A stretch of DNA of 64,000 bases from Selaginella moellendorffii (Eukaryota > Plantae > Lycopodiophyta). The notes beneath the pieces were generated by a model. The model did not search any database. It saw only the letters and a program-made list of their open reading frames with translations, and was not told where the DNA came from. Below are positions 38,500 through 50,189 of this stretch, piece after piece (within the stretch, counting starts at the first letter, position 1; each line of letters begins with the position of its first letter). The translations under genes and the position numbers were made by a program. Location: NCBI RefSeq assembly GCF_000143415.4, contig NW_003314331.1, forward strand, positions 917,169-981,168. The letters run 5' to 3'.

Positions 38500-39210
38500 T
38501 CTTTGGGTGAGGTCTTGTTTGATGCTGGGGCAGGGCAACCTTGCTCGATCGTTCCTCCAGGAGTTTGGCTTTGCAGATTACTACAGAGCTTTTGAGAATT
38601 TATGGATCGCTTCAGGAGGCTCGATTGAGTTACAAGAAGTTTGGGCAGAGAGATCTGGTGGCTTGGACCGCGATGAACGCCGCTTATGCCCAGTGCGGGC
38701 TATGCAAAGAGGCATTTTTGACTTACTAGAGGATGCCTTGACAGATTTACGTACACTGCTGAGTATTCATGCTTGTCTCGTGAGGGATGGAATCAAATGG
38801 GACGTCGTCATTGGTCGCTGCGGAAATCCCAGGCAGCGTCATGTCTGGCATAAGCACAGGCATGATCAACACAATCAGCATGGAGTTTCTGTGCTCTCAG
38901 GGACGATCTTGTCAATTAGTTGTTCTTTGGAAGTCAAGGGAGAATGAGGAGGTGTTTGCTCTATAGCTTCGACTTGGTGTTTTGGAACGCCATGGGTTGG
39001 GCTTGCCGAGACGGCCATGCCGTTCTAACTGCGTGTGCTACCAGTTGCCAGCATGCGCTGCTTCAAACGAACGAACTCCATGATCGAGCGGCCAGTTTGG
39101 ATCCAGTTGTGGTACTCCAAGCCTCAGAGGCTCGGCCTTGGATGGACAAACGAGATGCAGTGGTGCACAGCTCCATTCGGGCCACATCTCCAAGATGGAT
39201 CATTTCCTAA
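38500..39210 (+). pseudogene. PPR remnant (paralog of 50190-52170)
   Basis: LQITTELLRIYGSLQEA, IHACLVRDGIKWDV, FDLVFWNAM. Confidence 0.75.
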
Positions 39211-40706
39211 ACGTTAGTTTCTATCCTTGTGCCCCTCGTAACGGGCAAAAATCCAGGACTTGGCGATGGATCTGTCTAGTATCCTTGCGATCAATTCGAT
39301 GTTTCCTGAGTGTTTTTCTGTCTGCAGAGATGCTGAATTTTACAAGGAAATAGGAAAAAAAAAAATTTGAAACTTGTGCAGCTTGATCGAATCATCAAAG
39401 ACACAAGGCCATGCTTGGATTCTAGAGATCCTCTTCAAGATGTACTTGCGATGATCGGGGAGAGAGGCTTTGTGGAGAATATATTTCTGGATGAGGCTCG
39501 AGAAAGAAATTGCCAAGGATAAGGTTCTACAGGAAAAAAAGCTGATCAATGCTCACATTTGTGTCATATCTCTTCTTTTTTTTTTTTTTTATTTGTGCGT
39601 TTCAGTATGAATCCTTCTCACACACAAACATCTCAGTGTGATATTATCCTCAAAGAAAGATATGAGGCCGTGATAATCATGGGCAGATCGGCCGACTGCC
39701 TCATGAGAACACAACACGCTTGCGTTTTTCCTGGAGGGGAGATCGTGTTAGTAAACATCACAGAGCGAGGACCTAGCTCAACCCGAACAGAAACGTTAAC
39801 TGTGGAAAACCGGCAGGAACCTTGTCGACCTTCATATCAAAATTGTCCAAGTGGCATAGGGCGTCTTCCAAATATCCAGAATACGGCAAATGCGTCATTG
39901 AAACACACGCATTTCTTCTCTGGTGCCAAATCCGGATATGGCCTCTTTCACAACACCAGCATCGGCAAAAACACCAAGCACGCAACAAGTGCGGAAATGT
40001 CCTATTGCTCAGAGAAAGAAAAGGCATGAGCCCGGAACTGGAGGAATTGGGCGACAATGCTTGGTGTGTTTGCCAACAGCCACGATAAAACTCAGTTCCT
40101 ACACATTCCCGCAGGCATGTCAATGTTAGCAGCAGAATGGGTTTCTAACGCGGAAGGAAGTGGATCCCTCTCGCGTAAAGCACATAAAGTCGGCGGTGGA
40201 AGCGAGGGTTTAGGTTGGATTGTAAGTTGTTGTCCATTAAAATTAACAAAAGGCTGTACTGCGACCTCGCCAATATATTTTATTTAACACATCTCGTTTA
40301 GTTTTGTTTGAATGTATGTTGTGGCGCGCTGTTTCCTACGCGTTAGAAGCCCCATCCTCACCAAGACAGTGGCTTTCCATGGATGATGGATGCCATTTTC
40401 ACGGATGGTCAAGCTCCACCTCTCGAGCTAAGACTTATCAAAATTCTTCATAAACCGATTAAACAAAACTTTAAGTTAACAAATTCCTTTAGGTAGCCGG
40501 CTAACAGGTTATGGGAGATTAGGTCACGAACGCTCAACCATTCTCTCGTGAGCAGCTCAACCATCAAAACGGAAGGTTGACCCTGGGCTTTTCGCATTGG
40601 GAGCTTTTCGAGCCCACAAGTATGCTGGCTGCATTGTAGATATGGTATGAAGTTCAATTTCTGAAGTTCAATTTCTGAAAACCATTGAACTTTCACAAAC
40701 TTCTAA

Positions 40707-40779
40707 TGCGGTGAGCGTGGATGGAACACGCGGCCTTAAGATCTTCAGTCTGACGCTCTCCCAACTGGGCTATGCCCGC
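40707..40779 (-). pseudogene. Full-length tRNA-Phe(GAA) copy with 5 substitutions (TTCGA to TTCCA), probably non-functional
   Basis: Compared base-by-base with 25213-25285. Confidence 0.8.
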
Positions 40780-41071
40780 TTGATAATAATTATCAACTAT
40801 ATTATCTGGCACATACATATCACATTACAAGTGTCATGAAATTATTGAGCGCTCTAGAGGAGTGAGATCGTAGAAATGCCACTATAGCTTATATGCTAGC
40901 TCAAAACTCAAAAGGATCACAGCAAGATTCTTCCAGGGATCGGCTTTTTTGCTGAAACATGGATGTCTAGAGGTGACTCAACAGCAAACAACAGAAAACA
41001 ACAAACGTGGTAGCCGTGTAGAGGGTATAGCTCCTACACGAAAACATGGAAGAACACACAGAAACAAAGAT

Positions 41072-41501
41072 CTATCCCATCAGCGGCGGGGGCGCGTAGT
41101 GTAGGTTCATGTTCGCGCCTGGACCGCCATAGTCGCTGATCTCTCCAAGGGGCGGGGGCGCGCCGTAGTGTGGGTTCCTGTTTGCCCCTGGAGCGTCATA
41201 GTCGCTGGTATGGACCTCTCCAAGGAGCTTCCTGCCTTTGAGAGCCTGGAAGAAAGAGAGAGAACTTCTTATAACAGGAAAGGAAAAGGAAACGTAGAAG
41301 AAGATTTCTCAACCTGGCCCTGCAAGCTTGCATCTGCAAATCCAATTCAAAACAGTGAGAAACGAGATTGTGGAGGAAGGTAACAGAGAAATGAGATCTA
41401 TATGTGCTCCCTCTACCTTTGTTTCCGCTAGTAGCAAAAGCGGCAGTGATGAGCAGGCATGAGAGCAGGGCTGCGAGCACAAGCTTGCGAGAAGGAGCCA
41501 T
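41072..41501 (-). CDS. Small secreted PSY-like sulfopeptide precursor, copy 2, two tandem peptide domains (exons 41501-41417, 41333-41314, 41245-41072; 92 aa)
   Basis: Spliced: MAPSRKLVLAALLSCLLITAAFATSGNKDASLQGQALKGRKLLGEVHTSDYDAPGANRNPHYGAPPPLGEISDYGGPGANMNLHYAPPPLMG*. Confidence 0.82.
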
Positions 41502-41779
41502 TTCTATACTAAGAGAGCCTATAGATCCAAACCAGGAGAGAAAGAATGAGAAAAACAAAGGCCAAGCTCCCGTAGATAAAGGCCGAGGAGCACAGACTCA
41601 CACAAAAGCTGGCACAGACGTCGAAGGAATGCAAGTGTTGTCCACTCAGTGGCCAAGAGTTAACGTCGATAACCATGGTTCCGTTGGTGCGTTGGATAAA
41701 ACGAGCTTTTCTATGTTAATGGGAATTAATATATTTTATCAGGAGAGAGAGATCTCGACTAATATATAGCGATCATTAG

Positions 41780-43531
41780 ATGTTGGAAGCATCGAGCAAC
41801 ATCGTGGGATCGCAGCAATCCTTCTTTGCGACGCTCCTGAGCCAGTCTGGAGGCTCTGGCGATCTCGATCAAACCCGGAAGATCCACTCCCGGATAGTGG
41901 ACAGCGGCTACTCCAAAGACAAGTTTCTCCTCAATCTCATCATTAATGCTTACGGAAAATGCGGCAGTGTCGGAGATGCGCGCCGTGTCTTCTCCGCGAT
42001 CGATCACCCCAATCTCTTCTCATGGAACATTATGATCCAAGCATATGCCCGAAACGGGCATCTAGATGAAGCGCGTAACCTCTTTGATCGATCTCATTCC
42101 CCCGATCCAGTCGCATGGAATGAAATGATCACTGCCTATGCGCATCTTGGGGAGATGGAGGAAGCCAAACTATTGTTTGATCGAGTGCCAGAAAAGAGTG
42201 AAATCACCTGGACCGGAATGATAACAGCATATGCCAGAAACGGGCATCTGAACGAAGCTAGGACGGTGTTTGACGCAATGCCGATTGAGAAGAAAACCAT
42301 AGCTTCGTGGACGGCAATGCTCCAGGGCTACACCCAAAACTCCCGGATCGATCAGGCCCTCGATTTCTTTCAGACGTTCCCGGCCCACAACGTGGTGTCC
42401 ATCACCGCCATGGTGTCGGCGCTCGCGAGCCACGGCCGTGGCGACGAGGCCGAGATGCTGTTCTTATCCATGCCCGCGAGGAATTTGCTCTCCTGGACTG
42501 TGATGATCCAGGCCTACTCCAAGCAGCAGCGCATCGATCGCGTCCGCGAGCTCTTCGAGTCGATGCCCGAGAGGGATCTCATCAGCTCCACGGCGGCGCT
42601 CCAGGCATTCTCCCGCGGTGGCGATCTCGACTCGGCCAAGTGCGTGTTTGATTCCATGCCCGAGCACAACACCATGTCGTGGGGATCAATGGTGGTGGCG
42701 CTTGCGGAGCGGCGGCGGCTCGAGGAGGCGGCGCTGCTCCTGGAAGCTATGCCTGGCGAGAAGAGCGTGGTGGGGGCAACAGCGCTATTCCAGGCGTATG
42801 CCCGGGATGGGTATCTAGACGAGGCTGAGATGATCTTCCGCGAGATGGGTGATCGCGATACCATTGCCCATAATGCGATGCTCCAGGTCTACGCGCAGCA
42901 TGGCCAGATGGGCGACGCCATTGCGGAGTTTCAATCCATGGCGTGGCGAAGCTCCTCATCATGGAACGCGATGCTCTCGGCGTATGCCCAGCACGGGCAT
43001 GTGGATCACGCGGCGGGTTTCTTCGCGGCTATGCCAATCAGGAGCTCTCCCGTTGCGTGGAACGCCATGATCGCAGCGTATAGACGCAACGGCAAGGACG
43101 AGCGGGCGATTTCCTCCTTCTGGGCGATGATCCTCGAGGGGATCCCGTGCGATGCGTCGACCATCGCGAGCGTTCTTGGAAGCTGCAGTCACGCGGGGAG
43201 ATTTGCCGAGGCGTGGACCTTGTTCCTGGCAATGAAGAAGGACTTTGGCGTGGATCCATCACACGAGCACTACTCGTGTGTGGCGGACGTTCTCGGCAGA
43301 TCTGGACTGGTGAGAGACGCCGAGGAGCTCATCAAGACAATGCCATTCGTTCCAGATGAGCGTGGCTGCGGTGGACTGCTCAATGCTTGTAGAGTTCATA
43401 GGGATTTGGAGAGAGGAGCAAAGGTGGCGATGAATGAGTTTAAAAGTGAGAGGAGCGAGCCTGTAAGCTACATGCTTCTTGCAAACTTGGTTACCGCTAA
43501 GATACCAAGTTTGGCTTCTGATTCAAAATAG
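41780..43531 (+). CDS. PLS-class PPR protein with E-type C-terminus (no DYW), 583 aa, intronless
   Basis: Tandem ~31 aa motifs (LFDRxP..WNxMI..YA..G); LGSCSHAG..EHYSCVADVLGRSG..MPF. Confidence 0.92.
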   Translation: MLEASSNIVGSQQSFFATLLSQSGGSGDLDQTRKIHSRIVDSGYSKDKFLLNLIINAYGKCGSVGDARRVFSAIDHPNLFSWNIMIQAYARNGHLDEARNLFDRSHSPDPVAWNEMITAYAHLGEMEEAKLLFDRVPEKSEITWTGMITAYARNGHLNEARTVFDAMPIEKKTIASWTAMLQGYTQNSRIDQALDFFQTFPAHNVVSITAMVSALASHGRGDEAEMLFLSMPARNLLSWTVMIQAYSKQQRIDRVRELFESMPERDLISSTAALQAFSRGGDLDSAKCVFDSMPEHNTMSWGSMVVALAERRRLEEAALLLEAMPGEKSVVGATALFQAYARDGYLDEAEMIFREMGDRDTIAHNAMLQVYAQHGQMGDAIAEFQSMAWRSSSSWNAMLSAYAQHGHVDHAAGFFAAMPIRSSPVAWNAMIAAYRRNGKDERAISSFWAMILEGIPCDASTIASVLGSCSHAGRFAEAWTLFLAMKKDFGVDPSHEHYSCVADVLGRSGLVRDAEELIKTMPFVPDERGCGGLLNACRVHRDLERGAKVAMNEFKSERSEPVSYMLLANLVTAKIPSLASDSK

Positions 43532-43559
43532 CTCTTTGTTTCATTTAGCTTTTGCAAAA

Positions 43560-44500
43560 GACTATCCAGCGATTGCCATCAGCAGTTTGTCTTGTAATTC
43601 GACTTCCTAGGTAGAGGCAGACAAAGAAACTCACTTGTATCATCAATCTGATCACTGGAAAGCTTTCCAAAACAAGTATAAAGAATACGATGACTACGAC
43701 TCGCTTTAGTACATTTCCTACTGCAAAGGTGCTATTCGTTCCAGAGTGTTGTCGCCAACCTGAGATAAAAGAATCCCCGAACCTGATCATACAGATGATA
43801 GAAAACTCTGACCACAACTAGATCTGCTACTTTTGAATGCAACTGGGGAAGCAAGCCAGAAGGCTTGGACCTTCTATCCGTAGATAAAAAGTATCGATCC
43901 ACTAAAAGCTTGTGGATTAAATGACTGCTACTTATCAGTAATGCTGGTGGTATGCACAAAACGTAAAAGATTAGTGTTGTGTTTCCTGGACAGAAAAAAA
44001 AAAAAAACAAAAAAACAAAGAGCTTCAATATGTTAAAAAATACCATAGCCTCCTTGGAAAAGTGCATTAGATCATGGCACGTGAGAATTGAAACCACTGT
44101 ATGCGGTGCAATGCTAGAGCAACACCTGAAAGACCAAGCTTGAGAACGCAAGAGATTTACAACTTTTTGTAGATGGCTCCAGCGCTGCGAAAAACATGAA
44201 AATCCTATCAATCTTCACGAACTAAAAGCAAAACCACAAACTTTTGACCGTACGTCAAGGAAACGGCGACAGTGGAAGAGGAAATGGTCATGATGTGTTC
44301 CAGGGCGTAACAAAACGAAAGTGGCAGAAGCAATGTCATCAGTTCCTTGATCAATGGCTGGAACCAATCAAATCAGGAACAATGTATCGATAGTCTACGT
44401 TTTGGCATTTCAAATGCCCAGCAGCCTCAGTATGTAACTATAGGAAGAGTGACCCAGTTGTCAGCACTGGGTATTTGCTCGACACACCACTGGAGGACTC
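43560..44500 (-). pseudogene. Triose-phosphate/phosphate translocator pseudogene
   Basis: FYHLYDQV, AVGNVLKRVVVIVFFILV, LCIPPALLI fragments in broken frames. Confidence 0.65.
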
Positions 44501-46199
44501 AAGATCTCTTAAAGAATTTGCTTCCACATCCACATTACCTGTTGTGATCTTGTTAATCTAGGGCCTAAGAGCACCGATGAGGGAGAATTCTTTGATCGGG
44601 AACCATATGAGATGTTATCCATATGAGAAATTTGAATAGAAATGTTTTAGATGCTGCAACTCCTTGTGACAAAAGGTTGAGAGCAAGTATACTCAAATAA
44701 ATATTATTATTTGCTGAGTTGTGCAGTAATGTATTTTAATGTAATTATATTCCTCATTATTGCAATCAATATTGAAGTCTCCTGTTGGAATATTCTAAAT
44801 TATATTTGGTGTAATTGATTTTTAAATTAATTTGTTTTTTTGTGTATATTTGAAATTTATATATATTCTTCTCTAATAAAGTTAATGTTGATGTGTTTGT
44901 ATTTTTTGGATTGGTGTGTATTATTTATAATATTATTTGCAATATACAGTGGCTGATTATGAATTGTAAAATATAATTGGTAGTGTTGTAAAAGCTTCCT
45001 ATATGCATATTATATGTGATAATCTATCAAGACAAAAACCTTCAATAATCATATCCATTTAAGCACTAGACTAAGACATAACTATATTCTCTAATGACAT
45101 GACTTGGTGATGGGTGGTGGCATTGGCATTTTCTATTCATTTTAACAATATATTCTTGCCACAAATAGGGATCATTGGCACCAATATGGTGAAATTCTCA
45201 CAGCTGCCCCAAACAGATTTCAACAAAGTATGGAATGATTTTGGTCAAGAATTCTATCTGTTCTTCTTGATTCTAAGTGGCAAGCCTTTCTTGAATTCAA
45301 GAAATTTCTTGCTATGATGCAAGTGTAGAGAATTTTAAGTCTTATGTCATTGTAGATGTGCTGTTGTGTTGTCTTAAGTTTTTATTTGGTTATCTACCAG
45401 CCTCTACTGGGGGCAGATCATGTCCACAAGCCTGGGGAAATGAGATTCCCAATGGAGAGTGTGATAGGATGAGAGAGACCAACACTTCCCACAATTATTG
45501 CAAGATTTGAGGAAGAGAGGGTTACAAGAAAATTTTAATTGTTTGATTTAGATATTTTAGGTGTATTCTTATACACTCTTACAAGGTGTTTTAAAGAAAA
45601 AATATCAAAAAAAAGGAAAAGAGACTTATAAAACTAAGTGTCTACAATTTATAAATCTAATTGATTAAATGGAAATTTATAATTATAAATATGTGCAATG
45701 TAAGATTAATCTAAATAAATAACAACCATTAAGTGGTAGAATATCCTAGAATATCCAAGATATTCTAAGTATATCTTAGTTCCCTTATAAATTTGCTTAA
45801 GCAAACCAAAAATACACAGTCATAGTAGAGACATCACCAATTGAATATAGGATAATTTAGATCACTTAAAAGGGTAAGGGCTTTTGGCTTCTCTCTTTAT
45901 ATCACTTATGCAGGGGTATATCATTTTTTATAAGTTGAGTGACACTCAAAGCAATAAAGGTGGCTAACTCCATTAGTCATTTCCTTATCAATAACAATTG
46001 GAAGGTGTTTGGGTGCTAATGCATTAGCATTAGACAAAGAAGTTACCCTGTAACTCATTAATTTGATGCATTTATCATAAAACATGAATATTATGAATTT
46101 TTTCTAGAATTATTTCTTTGGTAATGGTTTAGATTAGAGTATGCATCGACGAGGATGTTCATATGTCTTAAAAGGGCCTTAAGGCAGAGAGGGATAGGA

Positions 46200-46395
46200 A
46201 GTTTCGAGATGCAATTTGATAAAGAGTCTAAGATGGAGTCTAAAATGGAGTCCCATATAGAGTTTAAGGCGGAGTCCGAGATGGAGTTTGAAGTGGAGTT
46301 CGAGATGGAGTTCAAGACTAGGTCCAAGACCAAGACTAAGATTGAGACCGAGACTGATCAAGACTAAAATTGAGATCAAGACTGAGACTGATATG
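46200..46395. repeat. Degenerate 6/12 bp minisatellite (gagtcyragatg / aagact)
   Basis: Seen directly. Confidence 0.65.
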
Positions 46396-46515
46396 TAAGC
46401 AACCAAAAGGAACAATTTGAAAGATGATCCATAGGGGTTCAAATATAAAGGGAAAGGGCCCATGAACAAGAGTGCACCCCTTTTTCCAATTGGTCAAGGG
46501 TGTTGGGATAGTTAG

Positions 46516-46571
46516 AGTTAAGCGTCATTGGGGTTGAATAGTACTAGGCTGGGTGACCTCCCGGGGAGTCC
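46516..46571 (+). other. 5S rRNA internal control region fragment (box A-IE-box C)
   Basis: agttaagcgtcattggggttgaatagtactaggctgggtgacctcccggggagtcc; about 47/56 identical by hand to a recalled plant 5S consensus. Confidence 0.75.
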
Positions 46572-46574
46572 AAA

Positions 46575-47502
46575 CTCAGGAGATTACATGATATTGAGTT
46601 TGAGTTTAAGTCCAAGTTCGAACACTAATACAAGTTATGGGGTGAAAGCCCAAAGTGATCGTCCCCTAAGGGGGCGGGGGTCCAAAAGTATAATAAGGAG
46701 AGTGTGGGGGTTGAACCCTAATAGAACTATTTTGGCTAGGAAAGATTAATGTGCCTAAGAAGGCTACACCCATGTGGTGGGTGATGATATAACCACTAAA
46801 GAGTTTAAGGCTAAAGTGAACACAAATTAATAAGTAAAGTAATTTGGTGAAATGTTCAAAAGTTGACTTTAACTCCTCTAAGAAATCGAATGGTTGATAC
46901 TCCTACTTGGATACCTAGTGTGGTTTTAATCTAAAGAGTTTAAGGCTAAAGTGAACACTCCTACCTACTTGGATACCTAGTGTGGTTTTAATCTAAAGAG
47001 TTTAAGGCTAAAGTGAACACAAATTAATAAGTAAAGTAATTTGGTGAAATGTTCAAAAGTTGACTTTAACTCCTCTAAGAAATCAAATGGTCGATACTCC
47101 TACCTACTTGGATACCTAGTGTGGCTCATTAAAACCTCAGGAGCTTACATGATATTGAGTTTGAGTTTGAGTTCAAGTTCGAACACTAATACAAGTTATG
47201 GGGTGAAAGCCCAAAGCGATCGTCCCCTAAGGGGGCGGGGGTCCAAAAGTATAATAAGGAGAGTGTGGGGGTTGAACCCTAATAAAACTATTTTGGCTAG
47301 GAAAGATTAATGTGCCCAAGAAGGCTACACCCATGTAGTGGGTGATGATATAACCACTAAAGAGTTTAAGGCTAAAGTGAACACAAATTAATAAGTAAAG
47401 TAATTTGGTGAAATGTTTAAAAGTTGACTTTAGCTCCTCTAGGAAATCAAATGGTCGATACTCCTACCTACTTGGATACCTAGTGTGGCTCATTAAAACC
47501 TC
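46575..47502. repeat. Tandem ~350 bp repeats with partial internal copies
   Basis: ctcaggag(a/c)ttacatgatattgag at 46575 and 47137; aaagagtttaaggctaaagtgaacac x4. Confidence 0.9.
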
Positions 47503-50189
47503 ACTTTAGCCATATGGCTAACATATCCAAAGGCAAAAGGTTGGGGGAGTACTCACAAAGGTTATATAGGGCAATAATGTTTTGAAATATCATCTCAAAG
47601 TACTAGATTGTGGAAAGGAAGAAAAGTAATCCTTTTAGGTAGTAACTAAGGATATAGTCATGTGGTGAAAAAGTCCCAAATGTTAGTGGGACTTAATAGT
47701 CAAGCCTTCAAATCTTAATTTAGTGGTAGTGTTGGTGAGCACAGAAAAGGACTTGATAGGGACCGAAGAAGAAATATTAGAGAAGAGTGTTCTTTATATC
47801 TCTAAACATTTTAAGAAAATAAGATGTGGTTATAGGATGACCACTTATGGATGGATGTCTTAGTCTTTAGGAGATAAGATTGTGGTACAAGTGGTCTTGG
47901 ATGACTAATGAGATAAAAGTGAATGAATATGGCATTAGTGTAACAAGTTGATATATTAATGGTACTTTTAGGTGTGTATTGTGGGATTGGACATATGCAG
48001 CACTTAGGCTAAGTGCAAAGGAAAAGTGTTACCATTCATAGAGGTAACAAGTTTATAAATCAGGAATAATACTTATAGAGGTTATAAGTGACACTCCTCC
48101 AAGTGGTCAAAGGTGTGATTAAGTGATTAAAGTAGAATGGAAAAATTAGTCATTTATAACTTGGTATTGGAACTATTCTTTAATTTGACTTTAATTAACA
48201 ATCAAATATATCACTATTTGATATTGACATTTAAAAGTTCCAGAAGTGAAGCTATACTAGAGGAGTTGCATGTCAGGAGGAGTGGCTCTCCACTTTAGTT
48301 TATGCATAAACTGGTAGCAATATGGTGGATAGAAAAGGGGCAATAAGGGAATGACTTTGGGATCTTAGGAACAATGGAAAGTTTTTCTTGAAGAGTTAAG
48401 AATATAATTCATATAAGCATTTAACTTAGTAAATTAACTAATATGGTTGTGGTAAACAATTATAGTTAGATCATAAGAAGGATAAAAACTCCAAGATAAT
48501 AAAAGAGTCATAAAATTATCCTTATATAGTTAAAGATGGTGCACATGAATTTAAGAATAAAGTTAATAATTGTGGAAAGTCAAATACGAATGAGGACATA
48601 TATCCTTGAAATGGTAGTTAGGCTACCTTTAATAAATGCCCGAACAACCCAAGGAGTTTGGGGGTATACTCAAAAGATGAGTCGGTGCTTTCATTATATA
48701 AAAGGATAATTCTATAACTTATGTGAAACAAAGAATAATTGTGTCAGAATAACACTTGTAAAAACAGCTTGTATGAATAAAACATAAATATAAGAAGTTG
48801 TATTTGAGTATGGTGGCATCTCAAAAATAGCCAATGAGACTAGGACCTTATAGATTGTTAGATTAATAAAGTCCAAAAGTTGAATGACTTAAAAGAGTTA
48901 AGGAACAATCTTAAAAGATTAGTGAAAACATATTTGGATAAAAATATGTGGTATCTAGTGAAGGATTGGGAAAATCATGAGATCCAAATATAAAAACAGT
49001 GGGTATCTCATTAATGGCAGAAAATGCTATACTAAAGTCATGGAAAAGTGTTTATGTAAAAAAATAACTTTAGCAAGGAGTTATGTGTGATCACTGTAGT
49101 GCAATACTAATTAATAGTTGGCATAAAAAATGACTATGGTGGTTTTCGCAAGATAGATACAAGTGGGAAATGTTGTGAAGGTAAGCTCATAAAGTTGATG
49201 GTGTAGAAACATCAAATGTCTCAAGAGATGATACCTTAAGATCAAATTATGAGAACCCTTTGCCAAAGGAATTCTAATGAAAATAGGGTTGGCATATCTT
49301 GGATATTGTTGGATTTGTATGTTTGTATCGAATATTGATGAAGGTGTGGAAGCATTAGCAATGAATTGAAGGACATAATAACTATGAGGCAAGTAAATAA
49401 AATTTAACATGCTCAATACATATTAAGCAATAAAACAATGCAAAAGTAGCATAAAAGCAAAGGGCCAAAAGGAAGCACAAGAGCAAAGCTATGTTGTGAG
49501 GGAGAGTAAGCAAGGCTGAGTTGAGAGGGAGAGATGGGAAAGGTTCCTACTAGTAGGAGCAAGGCCATAGCAAAGGAGATTGCTCAAGGTAAGCAAGCAT
49601 AACTTGCATTTTCCAAAATTCAAGAGGATGAAAGTGAGATGGAGGAAGAAGCACAAGAGGGAAGTTGAAGAGAAGATGATTCATAGGAAGAAATCAACTT
49701 GCCCTCTTTAGTTTCAATCATTGAACTTGGTAAATTTTATGTGGGGATAATTGATGAAGTGGCACTAGTTAAGGAGTGGGGCCTTTGAAGAATGGAAAAG
49801 CAAGGTTTTCATTGATGTGTGAGTTATGATTTATAAGCATGGTAGTTGGACAAGTAAGTATCTAAATTTGCTAAAGCTAGCAACAATTGAGATAACACAG
49901 CTTTATGTGAGTGTGGGTGAAGATTAAGTTTCGAAATCAAACAAGGACAACTACAGTGGATGCGTTGATGAGGATTTCTATTGAGGGTCCACCTATAGAC
50001 ACTTTCAACTTTAACACTGTAATTTAAGCATGGAAAGATGGAATAATGCATAAACATATTTACACTAGTTGGTGTTTTAAACTTCCTTTTATATTCGTTA
50101 ATTTAAGGATATTTTCATAACTAAATTCTCAAACAACTTGGGATTTTAAGGATTTTTTTTCTTGTACAGTAAAAGAGGTTTGTTATACA

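Larger units (their letters stand above)
44690..50100. mobile_element. AT-rich degenerate transposon region; part resembles a decayed hAT transposase on the + strand
   Basis: Abrupt drop in GC, few CpG, no long ORFs; GDKIVVQVVLD-like peptide at ~47870 and acidic tail at ~49630. Confidence 0.45.

Noticed and set aside
46091-46469. Repetitive ORFs (ESKMESKME, LELHL)
   Set aside because: By-products of a minisatellite.
46516-46571. Functional 5S rRNA gene
   Set aside because: Only ~56 of ~120 nt present; 5' half and terminator missing.
46575-47502. CRISPR-like array
   Set aside because: Eukaryotic context, long tandem units without unique spacers, no cas genes.
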